NCBI GenBank assembly: GCA_964342695.1
Contig: CAYFFV010000003.1
Location: forward strand, 53,695 to 117,694
Length of the DNA: 64,000 nt
Origin: an uncultured Vicinamibacteraceae bacterium
GTDB taxonomy: Bacteria; Acidobacteriota; Vicinamibacteria; Vicinamibacterales; UBA8438
Direction: 5' to 3'
In this document: in pieces, positions 28,272 to 38,531 of the stretch
How the letters are laid out: every line of letters starts with the position of its first letter
Numbering within the stretch: position 1 is the stretch's first letter
Notes under the pieces: model-generated
Seen by the model: the letters and a program-made list of their open reading frames with translations, nothing else
Databases searched by the model: none
Told to the model about the DNA's origin: nothing
Translations under genes and position numbers: made by a program

Positions 28272-29648
28272 ATGAAGTTTTTTAATGGTAAGGCAATCTT
28301 ACAGGTCATGTATACCGCTGTTTTTCTTGTGGGAAGCATATTATTTGTCGGCACATTGCACGCTGAAGATTGGCCTCAGTGGCGTGGAGAAGGCCGCATG
28401 GCTGTCTGGCAGGAAACAGGCGTTCTAGAAACATTTCCAGAGACTGGCTTAAAGGTTGCATGGAGAGCTCCCGTACGATCTGGGTTCGCCGGGCCTGTCG
28501 TTTCGAATGGCAAAGTTTTTGTTCTCGATTGGCAAGAGGATCCGGAGTCGCGCACCATGGATGGAACGGAACGTCTTGTTGCGCTAGATGAGGAAACAGG
28601 CGCCGAATTATGGATAAACGAATGGGCTACGAGCTACCGGATGCTCCAGGTTTCCTATGCCATTGGTCCGCGTGCGACTCCCACCGTGGATGGCAATCGT
28701 GTCTATGCTGTTGGTGCTTCTGGTGTATTACGGTGCGTGGACGCTGAATCCGGTGAGTTAGTTTGGGAAAAAAACTATATCGACGACTACGATACCAGCG
28801 TAGCAACATGGGGAATCGCGAGTTCTCCTTTAGTGGATGGGGACCGATTGATTACCGTTGTCGGCGGTGAGCCTGATGCGTTGGTCATGGCATTTGATAA
28901 ACACACAGGGGATGAAATCTGGCGTGCCGTAGAAGTCGTTGGAGAGATGGGATATGGTCAGCCCATGATTTATAGAGCGGGAGGCGTGCGACAATTGATT
29001 GTGTGGCATGCCGCGGCCCTCGTGTCCTTGAACCCTGAAAATGGTGAAATTTACTGGGAACAGGAATGGGAAGTTGGCTCGGGAATGAGTGTAGCCACAC
29101 CAGTCAGAGATGGGAACTTTCTTCTGGTCAGTCAATTTTATAATGGGTCCATGATGATGAGGCTCGACACAGACCGCCCGACGGCATCGATGGTATGGAA
29201 AGGATCAAGTCGAAGTGAGATGCCAGACGAGACAGATGGGTTGCATTCAATGATTACGACGCCAATCGTTCAAGGTGACTATGTGTATGGAGTTGGGAGC
29301 TATGGAGAACTTCGAGGACTTAACGCTAGGACCGGCGAACGCCTTTGGGTGAGTGATCAGATGACAACGCAGGCCCGCTGGGGCACAGCCTATATGGTGC
29401 AGCATAACGATCGATTTTTTGTTGCGAGTGATAACGGGGATTTAATCATTGCCCGTTTTACCCCTGAGGGCTATGTAGAAGTCGATCGAACAACGCTTAT
29501 TGAGCCGACAGCACATTCTGGTTACGGTCCGCGAAGGCGATTTGATCGCATGGTGAGTTGGGCTCATCCGGCCTATGCGAACCAACATGTTGTTCAGCGA
29601 AACGATAAAGAAGTTATCCGTGTTTCACTAGCGGCTTCTGACTATTAA
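28272..29648 (+). CDS. PQQ-binding-like beta-propeller repeat protein
   Basis: DWPQWRGE, GPRATPTVDG, WGIASSPLVDG, AFDKHTG.EIW, WAHPAYAN. RBS GGAG. Confidence 0.85.
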   Translation: MKFFNGKAILQVMYTAVFLVGSILFVGTLHAEDWPQWRGEGRMAVWQETGVLETFPETGLKVAWRAPVRSGFAGPVVSNGKVFVLDWQEDPESRTMDGTERLVALDEETGAELWINEWATSYRMLQVSYAIGPRATPTVDGNRVYAVGASGVLRCVDAESGELVWEKNYIDDYDTSVATWGIASSPLVDGDRLITVVGGEPDALVMAFDKHTGDEIWRAVEVVGEMGYGQPMIYRAGGVRQLIVWHAAALVSLNPENGEIYWEQEWEVGSGMSVATPVRDGNFLLVSQFYNGSMMMRLDTDRPTASMVWKGSSRSEMPDETDGLHSMITTPIVQGDYVYGVGSYGELRGLNARTGERLWVSDQMTTQARWGTAYMVQHNDRFFVASDNGDLIIARFTPEGYVEVDRTTLIEPTAHSGYGPRRRFDRMVSWAHPAYANQHVVQRNDKEVIRVSLAASDY

Positions 29649-29662
29649 TTGTAAAGAGACGC

Positions 29663-30298
29663 TTGAGGTTGAGATATTTCTTAGGGTTAGCGTGTGCAGT
29701 ATTAATCTGGATGCAGGCAACCAGCCATGCTCAGAATCGAGCTGCGGCGGAAGCACTCTTTGAACGAGCTGTTTTTCACTTCGAACAGGGACAAGTTGTT
29801 GAAGCCGCACAGGAATTTGATAAGGTTGCTGACCTTGCACCTGAAGAAGCCCCACATTTATGGCAACGGGGAATCGCTCTTTACTATGCGGGTCGGTACG
29901 AAGATTGTCGAACGCAGTTTGAATCCCATCGAATAGTTAATCCTAATGATGTCGAAAATGCCGTTTGGCATTTTCTTTGTGTGGCGCGAGTTGAATCGCC
30001 AGCTGCGGCACGCGAGGCATTACTTCCGGTGGGACCTGATCGTCGAGTCCCGATGCGACAGGTCTATCAGATGTTTGATGGCAGTGTGGCACCCGTGCAG
30101 GTGTTGAATGCTGCGGGTGAGTCGCGGTCAGGAAAGTTTTTTGCGCACTTATATTTAGGGTTATATTTTGAGTCGCAAGGTCAGGATCAAAAAGCTCTGA
30201 AACATATCAAACTTGCGGCGGCCTCCAGATATGCTCGCGCCGGTGGATATATGCACATGGTAGCCACGGTGCATCTTAAACTGCTTGAAAAACGGTAG
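29663..30298 (+). CDS. Exported tetratricopeptide-repeat protein (NlpI-like)
   Basis: LWQRGIALYYAGRY, QFESHR.VNPNDVENAVWHFLC, DRRVPM..VY.MF.G, FFAHLYLGLY. Confidence 0.8.
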   Translation: MRLRYFLGLACAVLIWMQATSHAQNRAAAEALFERAVFHFEQGQVVEAAQEFDKVADLAPEEAPHLWQRGIALYYAGRYEDCRTQFESHRIVNPNDVENAVWHFLCVARVESPAAAREALLPVGPDRRVPMRQVYQMFDGSVAPVQVLNAAGESRSGKFFAHLYLGLYFESQGQDQKALKHIKLAAASRYARAGGYMHMVATVHLKLLEKR

Positions 30299-32633
30299 GT
30301 TTCTTGTGTCGGCGATAACGTTGTCAGGGTGTGCCCGCTGTTCCATTGTCCTATTAAAATGTGTAATCCTGAGCGTTTGTTTTCATTTTAATGGATATAC
30401 AGGTATAGCCCAGGGCACTTCTGATGATATTAAAGGTACATCTCAAGTGTCATTACCAGTCCCTCCGGCTGTTATTACCAGAGATCCCTCTGGGCATGCG
30501 ACGATTCGTGCGCACCGGTTAGTAACTCCTCTGGACATTGATGGGGTGCTTGACGAATCTGTATATACCACGGTGCCGTCTATTTCAGATTTCATTCAGA
30601 CGGAACCGACCGAAGGAGCGCCCGCCAATGAGAAAACAGAAGTGTGGGTGTTCTTCGATGACGAACACATTTATGTTGTTGGACGTTGTTGGGAGACCCG
30701 TCCCGAACGTTTGGTCGCGAACGAAATGCGGCGTGACAATTTTGGTATTGTCCGCAATGACAACTTTGCCTGGAGTTTTGATACTTTTTTTGACAAGCGC
30801 AACGGTGTGATTTTTGAGGTTAATCCGATAGGTGGGCGTCTCGACGGGCAAGTGACTGATGAATCACAGGTAAACACCGATTGGAATCCAATTTGGGATG
30901 TTCAGACCCGTTTGTTTGATGGAGGGTGGGTCGTAGAAGCGGCGATTCCCTTTAAGTCGCTTCGGTATCGCCCAGGGCTAGATCAAACGTGGGGCCTTCA
31001 GGTGCGAAGACGTAGTCGCTGGCGAAACGAAATTTCATATCTCACACCTATTCCTGTGTCATTTGGTGGGCGCGGGCACTTTCGAGTGTCTATGGCGGCG
31101 ACGCTGGGAGGGTTTGAAGCGCCGTCGGGATCACGCAATCTTGAAATTAAACCGTACGCGATTGCTGCTCTGACAAGTGATGCCACCGCCGACCCGGTGA
31201 TCAGTAATAATTTTGGGGCAGACGTTGGGGTTGATTTGAAGTACGGTCTCACCCAAAATTTAACTACTGATCTAACTTTTAATACAGACTTTGCTCAAGT
31301 TGAGGCGGATGAACAACAAATTAATTTAACGCGCTTTAGTCTGTTCTTTCCTGAGAAGCGAGATTTTTTTCTCGAAAACCAAGGGTTGTTTGCTTTTGGT
31401 GGTGCGAGTACGGGTCCATTTGGTGGTGGTGGAGAGATGCCGGTGCTTTTTTATAGTCGCCGGATTGGCCTGAACGCCGGTAGAGAAGTTGACATTGATG
31501 CGGGTGGTCGACTTACGGGGCGTGTCGGAAAATTCAGCATAGGAGTCATGAATATCCAGACTGACGATGAACCTATTTCTAGTTCACAGGCGACAAATTT
31601 TTCTGTCCTTCGAATCAAGCGCGATGTGTTGGCTAACAGCAGTATTGGAGCGATGTTTACGCGGCGGTCGATTTCCACAACTGCGAATGGGGCCAATGAA
31701 GTTTATGGCGTTGATGCAAGATTCGCGTTTTTTGAAAACTTGACCATCAATTCGTATTGGGCGACCACCGAGACTCAGGGTCTAATCGGCGATGATAACA
31801 GTTATCGCGCACAGGTCGATTATTCTGGCGATCGGTATGGGTATGAGTTCGAGCGTCTCGTAGTTGGATCCAACTTTAACCCAGAGATTGGATTTCTCCG
31901 CCGGGAAGAGTTTGAACGCAGTTATGGTGCTTTTCGGTTTAGTCCGCGGTTGCATCAGGTGGCTGCAATACGAAAAGTGTCGTGGGTAGGGCGCTTTGAT
32001 TACATCACTGATCGTACTAACGTGCTTGAAACTCGTAAGATTCAAAATCGGTTTGGTATCGAATTTGAAAATAGTGATGAATTACAAGTCGAATACACTC
32101 GGAATTACGAACTTGTAGATCTACCGTTCGATATTACACAGGAGGTTACGATTCCCGTGGGTGGATTTACCTTTGACGATGTTTTGACTACTTATGAACT
32201 TGGGCGCCAACGGCAATTGTCCGGACGATTCTCGTTTCAGCACGGTGGGTTTTATGGTGGTAGCAAAACTAGTGTAGGGTTCGGTCTTGGCGGTGGTGGC
32301 ACAAGTGGGCGTCTCGAGTTAACCTCAAAATTTTCACTTGAGCCAGGCTTGTCTGTTAACTGGATCGATCTTCCGCAAGGACGGTTTACGACCAATCTAA
32401 TCACGACGCGTACGACCTACACTTTTACCCCGTTAATGTTCTTTAGTGGGTTTCTGCAGTACAACTCCGGTAGTGACAATGTGAGCGCGAACCTTCGATT
32501 TCGGTGGGAGTACAAACCCGGAAGCGAACTATTTGTTGTGTATAACGAGCAACGTGACACCTTGTCGCCACATTTCCCTCGGTTTGAAAATCGTTCAGTT
32601 ATCGTAAAAATAAACCGGCTATTTCGCTTTTGA
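30285..32633 (+). CDS. CBM9-like + DUF5916 putative outer-membrane protein
   Basis: IDGVLDE..Y, FIQTEP.EG.PA.EKTEV, EAAIPFKSLRY, NTDFAQVEAD, FFPEKRDFFLEN, FYSRRIG; C-terminal NRLFRF. The exact start is uncertain and may lie downstream. Confidence 0.85.
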   Translation: MKNGRFLVSAITLSGCARCSIVLLKCVILSVCFHFNGYTGIAQGTSDDIKGTSQVSLPVPPAVITRDPSGHATIRAHRLVTPLDIDGVLDESVYTTVPSISDFIQTEPTEGAPANEKTEVWVFFDDEHIYVVGRCWETRPERLVANEMRRDNFGIVRNDNFAWSFDTFFDKRNGVIFEVNPIGGRLDGQVTDESQVNTDWNPIWDVQTRLFDGGWVVEAAIPFKSLRYRPGLDQTWGLQVRRRSRWRNEISYLTPIPVSFGGRGHFRVSMAATLGGFEAPSGSRNLEIKPYAIAALTSDATADPVISNNFGADVGVDLKYGLTQNLTTDLTFNTDFAQVEADEQQINLTRFSLFFPEKRDFFLENQGLFAFGGASTGPFGGGGEMPVLFYSRRIGLNAGREVDIDAGGRLTGRVGKFSIGVMNIQTDDEPISSSQATNFSVLRIKRDVLANSSIGAMFTRRSISTTANGANEVYGVDARFAFFENLTINSYWATTETQGLIGDDNSYRAQVDYSGDRYGYEFERLVVGSNFNPEIGFLRREEFERSYGAFRFSPRLHQVAAIRKVSWVGRFDYITDRTNVLETRKIQNRFGIEFENSDELQVEYTRNYELVDLPFDITQEVTIPVGGFTFDDVLTTYELGRQRQLSGRFSFQHGGFYGGSKTSVGFGLGGGGTSGRLELTSKFSLEPGLSVNWIDLPQGRFTTNLITTRTTYTFTPLMFFSGFLQYNSGSDNVSANLRFRWEYKPGSELFVVYNEQRDTLSPHFPRFENRSVIVKINRLFRF

Positions 32634-32661
32634 AAAATCTACAATATTTAAGAGGACGCGC

Positions 32662-34158
32662 CTAAGCTTCAATGGTTCGGTCGGCAAAATGGTTCCAGCC
32701 AAAAACTTCTTTAATGGCCATTACCAAATCGAAACCGTCTTGTTGCATTTCTGGAAGGGAGAAGTTGAAACTAGCGGGCAACACCGCGTGCCCTTCGAAT
32801 TCTTCGTTCCACGAGCCAACAATATATATGGGAGCTGGCATGAGCGGTGTACCGACAATGTTCTGCCATGTGTACTCAGAGAGTAAATCTAGATGAGTGT
32901 GGCGCATTGCTTTCATGAAATCTGCATAATCACCACGACCCATCTTGAGCACTGCTAAGCCTGGTTTTGCAAATCCAGGTGATAAATTTGGAATCACTGG
33001 TACGCGGTTTCCTGTATACCGATTTCGTAAAGTGCTGGTCATGTCGAAGTTCTGTCGCAAAATTGCACGCTGATGATCTAAATAGAAATCGTCATAAACC
33101 AGTGTCACCCCTTCTTCAGCTGAAGATGTAAATGGTTTGAGTGCAGCATGGTGATACACATAAATTGCATCGAAACTGGTAATTCTCCGAGCCCGATCTT
33201 CATAGAGCGGGATATCAGGTGATAAGTTCATCTCCTCTCCCACGAGAAAAGGTGATTCGCCATAGGCAACGCGAAAGGCTTCTCGCGCCATATCGAGTGC
33301 AATTTCAAGAGTTGTAGTTTCTGTTGCGCGATACGGAAGTTGGCCCCACGTATGGGAACCAAAGAGAAAGACGACGGGCCGTCCATCGAGAGTAAATACT
33401 TTTCCTCCTTGTTCTTGTCCTTCGGCAAGGAAGCGTCCCATCTGTTCAAAATCAGTTTGGAGTAGTTCAGAAGCCGAAGGGTCTAAGAAATCAACACGCG
33501 CACCATCGTATGGAAGTGCGATGGTGCTTTCATATAACAAAGCCAGATGTCGAGTATCGAGATTGTGTGTGCTAAATAGTCCGCGCCGATAATTATCCAG
33601 CATGTCTTTATTTTCACGTTCTGGAATCCAGCTTAAGGCGTCGACGCTGATACCAAATTCATTCTTTTGTTCATTAAAAATACTCTCGATTTCAGAGTCT
33701 CGTGAACGGTAGTCCCCGCCTTTGAACTGGACTGTTTGCATTCCAGGAGGACGCTCTTCAAGGTTGTACCAACCATAATGCCAGGCGATCGTGATGGGCC
33801 GCGGTTCTCTTTCTATTAACCCAGACTCCAATGCGTTGACCGTATAGATGACAGAGTCAACAGACTGTTGGTCGACAATACCACGGCCAAAAACATCAGC
33901 TTTGTAATTGAAATTTTCTCGTGAAATTAAACCGCGTCCACGGGTGGTGAGTAGTGCATCTTGCACAACTCGTTTGTCAACTGCACCTAACCAACCATTC
34001 CCATTCACATCAGCGACAAAAGAGGAAAGTAAAATGGGATCGACACTTTGGCCGCTAAGAAACTGTTGTGGGCGAAAAACTCCCAAACTTCCAGCGGCTA
34101 ACGCACCAGTTTTAAGAAATCGTCGTCGTGAAAAGCGAGGTGGGTAGTCGCGTGCCAT
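32662..34158 (-). CDS. Tat-exported glycoside hydrolase (GH99/GH71-like) with N-terminal dockerin/EF-hand-like module
   Basis: Tat motif SRRRFLK; DVNGNGWLGAVD and ADVFGRGIVD loops; AWHYGWY, LDGRPVVF, SWNEEFEG (ExxE). Confidence 0.65.
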   Translation of the reverse strand: MARDYPPRFSRRRFLKTGALAAGSLGVFRPQQFLSGQSVDPILLSSFVADVNGNGWLGAVDKRVVQDALLTTRGRGLISRENFNYKADVFGRGIVDQQSVDSVIYTVNALESGLIEREPRPITIAWHYGWYNLEERPPGMQTVQFKGGDYRSRDSEIESIFNEQKNEFGISVDALSWIPERENKDMLDNYRRGLFSTHNLDTRHLALLYESTIALPYDGARVDFLDPSASELLQTDFEQMGRFLAEGQEQGGKVFTLDGRPVVFLFGSHTWGQLPYRATETTTLEIALDMAREAFRVAYGESPFLVGEEMNLSPDIPLYEDRARRITSFDAIYVYHHAALKPFTSSAEEGVTLVYDDFYLDHQRAILRQNFDMTSTLRNRYTGNRVPVIPNLSPGFAKPGLAVLKMGRGDYADFMKAMRHTHLDLLSEYTWQNIVGTPLMPAPIYIVGSWNEEFEGHAVLPASFNFSLPEMQQDGFDLVMAIKEVFGWNHFADRTIEA

Positions 34159-34428
34159 GGTTTCAAGCGATTTGTTGAGTGCTAGCGGCGTGATCGTTGG
34201 ATCTGCTCAGGGAATCAAACGCCTGCGTTAAATTTATTGACCAAGATAACTCGAATGAAATAATCAGCCTTCCTACTAAACTCCGATACACCAATACTGA
34301 AACAGACCGAATATTTTACATTGGATGTCAAAGGATATCTGATGATTTCTTTGACGGAATCAAAACTTGGAGGCCTCGAATCTTCTCAAAGGCAGTTACT
34401 CAGATGGGAGAAGAAAGACCTCCACAGC

Positions 34429-35127
34429 CTATTTATTCCATTGCTGCTTCATCCATTGACCAGCCGTTTTGAGTGGTTCAATATATCCGCCCATAGCATA
34501 ATGTCCGATTCCGGTAAGTTCAGTGTAACCAACGGTAAAATCCTGATCTTCCAGGAAAGAGGCTGCTTCTCGTGCAGGACCTACGGGAACCCGTTCATCG
34601 TCTGCACTGTGAATAATATGCACAGGCATCAGTCTGAGGTGAGTAAGCGGGTTTTCCCGCGGCGAACCTGCAATAGGAATGGCACCATCAAAACGGTCTG
34701 GATGGTGGGTGGCCATAAACCAGGTTCCGGAACCCCCCATACTAAAACCAGTCACCAGTCTTTGATTCTGATCGATTGGATAACTGGAAAAAAGTTCATC
34801 CAAAAGAAAAAGAACAGATTCTTCGGCGGATTTCACAGACCATCGTCGGTTAGGAGAATCCGGTGCGACGATTATCGCATTCCAGTCACGAAGCGCAGGC
34901 GCTACAATTTGAGTAAGAAAAGGACCGCCACGACTGCCGCCCCCTGGGTGCAGTGCGAGCACAAGAGGACGGGGATTGTCGTCGGTGAGGTCTCTAGGAA
35001 TTGCAATTGTATAGCCCATTTGTCCATGACCAGGCACATCGATGACGGCAGTCTGGATACGGGGATTATTGGCAGGTTGCCCAAAGACAAGTGCCGTTGC
35101 TGTAAAGAACGCCAAGATAAGTTTCAT
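34429..35127 (-). CDS. Exported alpha/beta-hydrolase (phospholipase/carboxylesterase, PHB-depolymerase-like)
   Basis: PLVLALHPG, IIVAPD, nucleophile elbow GFSMGG, IHSADDERVP, GIGH. Confidence 0.8.
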   Translation of the reverse strand: MKLILAFFTATALVFGQPANNPRIQTAVIDVPGHGQMGYTIAIPRDLTDDNPRPLVLALHPGGGSRGGPFLTQIVAPALRDWNAIIVAPDSPNRRWSVKSAEESVLFLLDELFSSYPIDQNQRLVTGFSMGGSGTWFMATHHPDRFDGAIPIAGSPRENPLTHLRLMPVHIIHSADDERVPVGPAREAASFLEDQDFTVGYTELTGIGHYAMGGYIEPLKTAGQWMKQQWNK

Positions 35128-35200
35128 GACGGCTGATGATAGTCCATAATTCACTGTTGTTTATAGAACTTCTTTTTACCCGAACGAATTTGAGGTCCAG

Positions 35201-36772
35201 GTGATGATCCGTACACGTTTTGCACCAAGCCCGACGGGTTACCTCCATATTGGTGGTGTTAGGACAGCTCTATTTAACTGGCTTTTTGCGAAACATCACG
35301 GCGGTCAATTTCTTCTAAGGATTGATGATACCGATCAACAGCGTAATCTTCAGGAGACGCTTCAACCGATTTTGGATGGATTTCGGTGGTTAGGGCTGCT
35401 CTGGGACGAAGGGCCAGAGGTTGGTGGTCCTTACCAATCCTATTTTCAGTCAGCCAGGAAGGAGCAGTATCAGCGCGCTGTTGATGAACTGCTCCGCGCG
35501 GGTTTTGCTTATCGTGATTACGCAACTGCCGAGGAAATACAGGAAGAACGCTTAAAGGCTCAAGAGCAGAAAGCACGTTTCGTTTATAGCCGACGCTGGA
35601 TGGCAGAAACTGATTCTCAAGCGAAGGAATATGAAGCCGAGGGGCGGCAAGCGGTCGTGCGTCTCAAAATGCCCAGAGAAGGCGTTTGTATTTTCAAAGA
35701 TGAAATTCGTGGGGAGGTAGAATTTGAGTGGGCTTTGGAACAGGATCATGTCGTACAACGGGCAGATGGAAGTTGTCTTTATCACCTTGCCAGCGCCGTT
35801 GATGATCATGATTTTAAGATTACTCATGTTATTCGCGCCGTGGAACATTTACCCAACACACCGCGACAGATTTTCATTGCACAATGTCTTGGCTATAGGA
35901 TTCCGGTTTACGCGCATTTACCGTATGTGGCTGAGCCCGGCAGTGGCGAGAAACTCAGTAAGCGCAAGATTAACTCTTATCTCAAGCATCAGGATTTTGC
36001 GAAACTTTTCAATCACGGTCAAAAGATTGCAAAAGCGCTCGGTAAGGAGGCGCGCACCGAAACGTTTAGCCCTGTCATTGTTGATTTCTATCGTTCGGTT
36101 GGATATCAGCCCGAGGCATTACTGAATTATTTGTTGTTGTTGGGCTGGTCTTTAGACGACAAGACAGAAATGTTTTCAACTAAGGAAATGATTGCCCATT
36201 TTACGCTTTCACGCGTCAATAAGTCGCCGGCAAGTTTTGATCCCATCAAACTCCTTGCATTTGAGGAGCGATATATGCAGAAGTTGTCGGCAAAGGAAAA
36301 AGTTAAGCGAGTATTACCTTTTCTTGAAAACATTATGGAACAAGAGAAGCATATTTTTTTGCCGCTGGATGAGAATCGTCTTAGGCAGGTTGTGGAAGCA
36401 GCTGGTGATCGCCTGAAGGTTGCTGGTGATATCGTCAACTATGTTGAATTTTTCCAACATGATGCTGCTGTGATGTTTGAAGCTAAAGCTTTTAAGAAAA
36501 GATTGCAGGCTCCTGGTGCAACGAAACGATTACAGCTATTTCGCGAAGAACTTAGAATGGTCGGGTCGTTTGATGCAGTGACGCTTGATGAGATGTTGCA
36601 CCAGTTTATTGAGAAACATGAGATGAAAATCGGAGAAATTATTCATGCCCTGCGGGTTGCGATAACTGGAAAAGCTGTTGGATTTGGGATTTTTGAGAGC
36701 TTGGCGATTCTTGGTCGTTCGTCATGTATCAAACGTATCGATCAGGCAATTGCGCGGACTACGGCTGAATAA
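35201..36772 (+). CDS. gltX: Glutamate--tRNA ligase
   Basis: RTRFAPSPTGYLHIGG, LRIDDTD, WDEGP, VDDH...ITHVIRA..HL.NT, KLSKR, LRVAITG. Confidence 0.95.
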   Translation: MMIRTRFAPSPTGYLHIGGVRTALFNWLFAKHHGGQFLLRIDDTDQQRNLQETLQPILDGFRWLGLLWDEGPEVGGPYQSYFQSARKEQYQRAVDELLRAGFAYRDYATAEEIQEERLKAQEQKARFVYSRRWMAETDSQAKEYEAEGRQAVVRLKMPREGVCIFKDEIRGEVEFEWALEQDHVVQRADGSCLYHLASAVDDHDFKITHVIRAVEHLPNTPRQIFIAQCLGYRIPVYAHLPYVAEPGSGEKLSKRKINSYLKHQDFAKLFNHGQKIAKALGKEARTETFSPVIVDFYRSVGYQPEALLNYLLLLGWSLDDKTEMFSTKEMIAHFTLSRVNKSPASFDPIKLLAFEERYMQKLSAKEKVKRVLPFLENIMEQEKHIFLPLDENRLRQVVEAAGDRLKVAGDIVNYVEFFQHDAAVMFEAKAFKKRLQAPGATKRLQLFREELRMVGSFDAVTLDEMLHQFIEKHEMKIGEIIHALRVAITGKAVGFGIFESLAILGRSSCIKRIDQAIARTTAE

Positions 36773-36789
36773 GAGAGAAAATTTGACTT

Positions 36790-38517
36790 ATGAAGGAAGA
36801 TTCTGAACCAAAGGCGGTTAACAAAAACTCAATGGAAGTAATAAAAGGTCAGGATTTTGTCCGACAGATTGTGGAAGCTGATCGCGAGTGTGACAAGTAT
36901 GGCGGACGAGTGCATACCCGATTTCCTCCCGAACCTAACGGATATCTGCATATTGGCCATGCGAAGGCTATTTGTTTGAGTTTTGGTATTGCACAAGAGG
37001 TTGGAGGTCTTTGCAATCTTAGGATGGATGATACGAATCCTGAAACAGAAAACGAAGAGTACGTCAGGGCCATTCAAGAGGACGTTCGGTGGCTGGGTTT
37101 TAAGTGGGAAGATCGTTTTTTTTGTGCATCGGATTACTTTGATCGTCTCTATGAGTGCGCAGTGCAACTCATTAAAAATGGAGACGCTTATGTCGATGAT
37201 TTACAGGGAGACGCTGTTAGTCAGTATCGAGGACGGTGGAATGAGCCAGGTCGTGATAGTCCGCATCGTGAACGGTCGATTGCCGAAAACTTAGATCTAT
37301 TCAATCGGATGCGAGAGGGTGAATTTCAAGACGGTAGTCGGACTCTTCGAGCAAAAATTGATATGGCATCTCCTAACATGAACATGAGAGATCCAACCAT
37401 TTACCGTATTCGAAGGTTTCCACATTATCGAAAAGGGGACAAGTGGTGTATTTACCCTCTGTACGATTTCACCCATCCACTCTCGGATGCGTTTGAAGGT
37501 ATTACTCATTCGCTGTGTACGTTGGAATTTGAAGATCATCGTCCACTTTACGAATGGTTTCTTGAAAAGTTGGCATTTCCACTTCCACCTAGGCAGATAG
37601 AGTTTGCTCGTCTTAACCTGACGCATACCGTTCTCAGTAAGCGAAAATTACTTGCACTGGTTAAGGATGATCATGTTAACGGCTGGGACGACCCTAGGAT
37701 GCCAACCTTGGTAGGGATGAGGCGGCGAGGTTATCCACCTGCGGCTCTGCGTGAGTTTTGTGAGCGTATCGGTGTCGCGAAATCGAATAGTGTGGTTCAA
37801 ATAGCACAACTTGAAGACAGTGTCCGTCAAGAACTGAATCAAACAGCAAACCGTGTCATGGGTGTCCTTCGTCCGCTGCGCGTTGTAATTGAAAACTATC
37901 CAGAGGGAAAATCTGAAACACTGGAAGCGATTAATAATCCTCAAGAGACAGCGGCTGGAACCCGAGATTTACCTTTTTCGCGGGTCCTATACATTGAGCA
38001 AGATGACTTTCGAGAAGCGCCTCCCAAAAAATTTTTCCGCCTTGGACCTGGTCGAGAGGTGCGGCTGCGATATGCCTACTTTATTAAGTGCACCGATGTG
38101 ATTAAAGATTCGAAGACCGGAAAGATTACAGAACTACGGTGTACTTATGATCCTCAGACCAAGGGAGGACAGGCTCCGGATGGGCGCAAGGTTCGGGGCA
38201 CGATTCATTGGGTTTCGGCAGAAGATGCGATTGAGTCTGAAGTGCGTATGTATGAACATCTCTTTACTAAAGAGAATCCAGAAGACACTTCCGAAGGACA
38301 AGACTACATGGATTTTCTGAATACTGAATCCATGAGTGTTCTGACAGGATGCAAGGTTGAACCTAGTCTGGCCCATGCTTCCCATGGCGCACGGTATCAA
38401 CTCGAGCGCCAAGGGTACTTCTGTGTTGATGCTGATTCGGCTGACGATAAGCTAGTTTTAAACCAGACTGTCAGTTTACGAGATACGTGGGCAAAGTTGG
38501 CAAAATCTAAGTCATAA
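36790..38517 (+). CDS. glnS: Glutamine--tRNA ligase
   Basis: [69 protein letters not shown], FERxGY-like LERQGYF. No YqeY tail. Confidence 0.96.
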   Translation: MKEDSEPKAVNKNSMEVIKGQDFVRQIVEADRECDKYGGRVHTRFPPEPNGYLHIGHAKAICLSFGIAQEVGGLCNLRMDDTNPETENEEYVRAIQEDVRWLGFKWEDRFFCASDYFDRLYECAVQLIKNGDAYVDDLQGDAVSQYRGRWNEPGRDSPHRERSIAENLDLFNRMREGEFQDGSRTLRAKIDMASPNMNMRDPTIYRIRRFPHYRKGDKWCIYPLYDFTHPLSDAFEGITHSLCTLEFEDHRPLYEWFLEKLAFPLPPRQIEFARLNLTHTVLSKRKLLALVKDDHVNGWDDPRMPTLVGMRRRGYPPAALREFCERIGVAKSNSVVQIAQLEDSVRQELNQTANRVMGVLRPLRVVIENYPEGKSETLEAINNPQETAAGTRDLPFSRVLYIEQDDFREAPPKKFFRLGPGREVRLRYAYFIKCTDVIKDSKTGKITELRCTYDPQTKGGQAPDGRKVRGTIHWVSAEDAIESEVRMYEHLFTKENPEDTSEGQDYMDFLNTESMSVLTGCKVEPSLAHASHGARYQLERQGYFCVDADSADDKLVLNQTVSLRDTWAKLAKSKS

Positions 38518-38531
38518 CCTCAAGAAAACAT

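Noticed and set aside
34197-35136. Plus-strand ORFs 34197..34472 and 34321..35136
   Set aside because: They are antisense shadows of the esterase gene or intergenic sequence, with no recognisable motifs.
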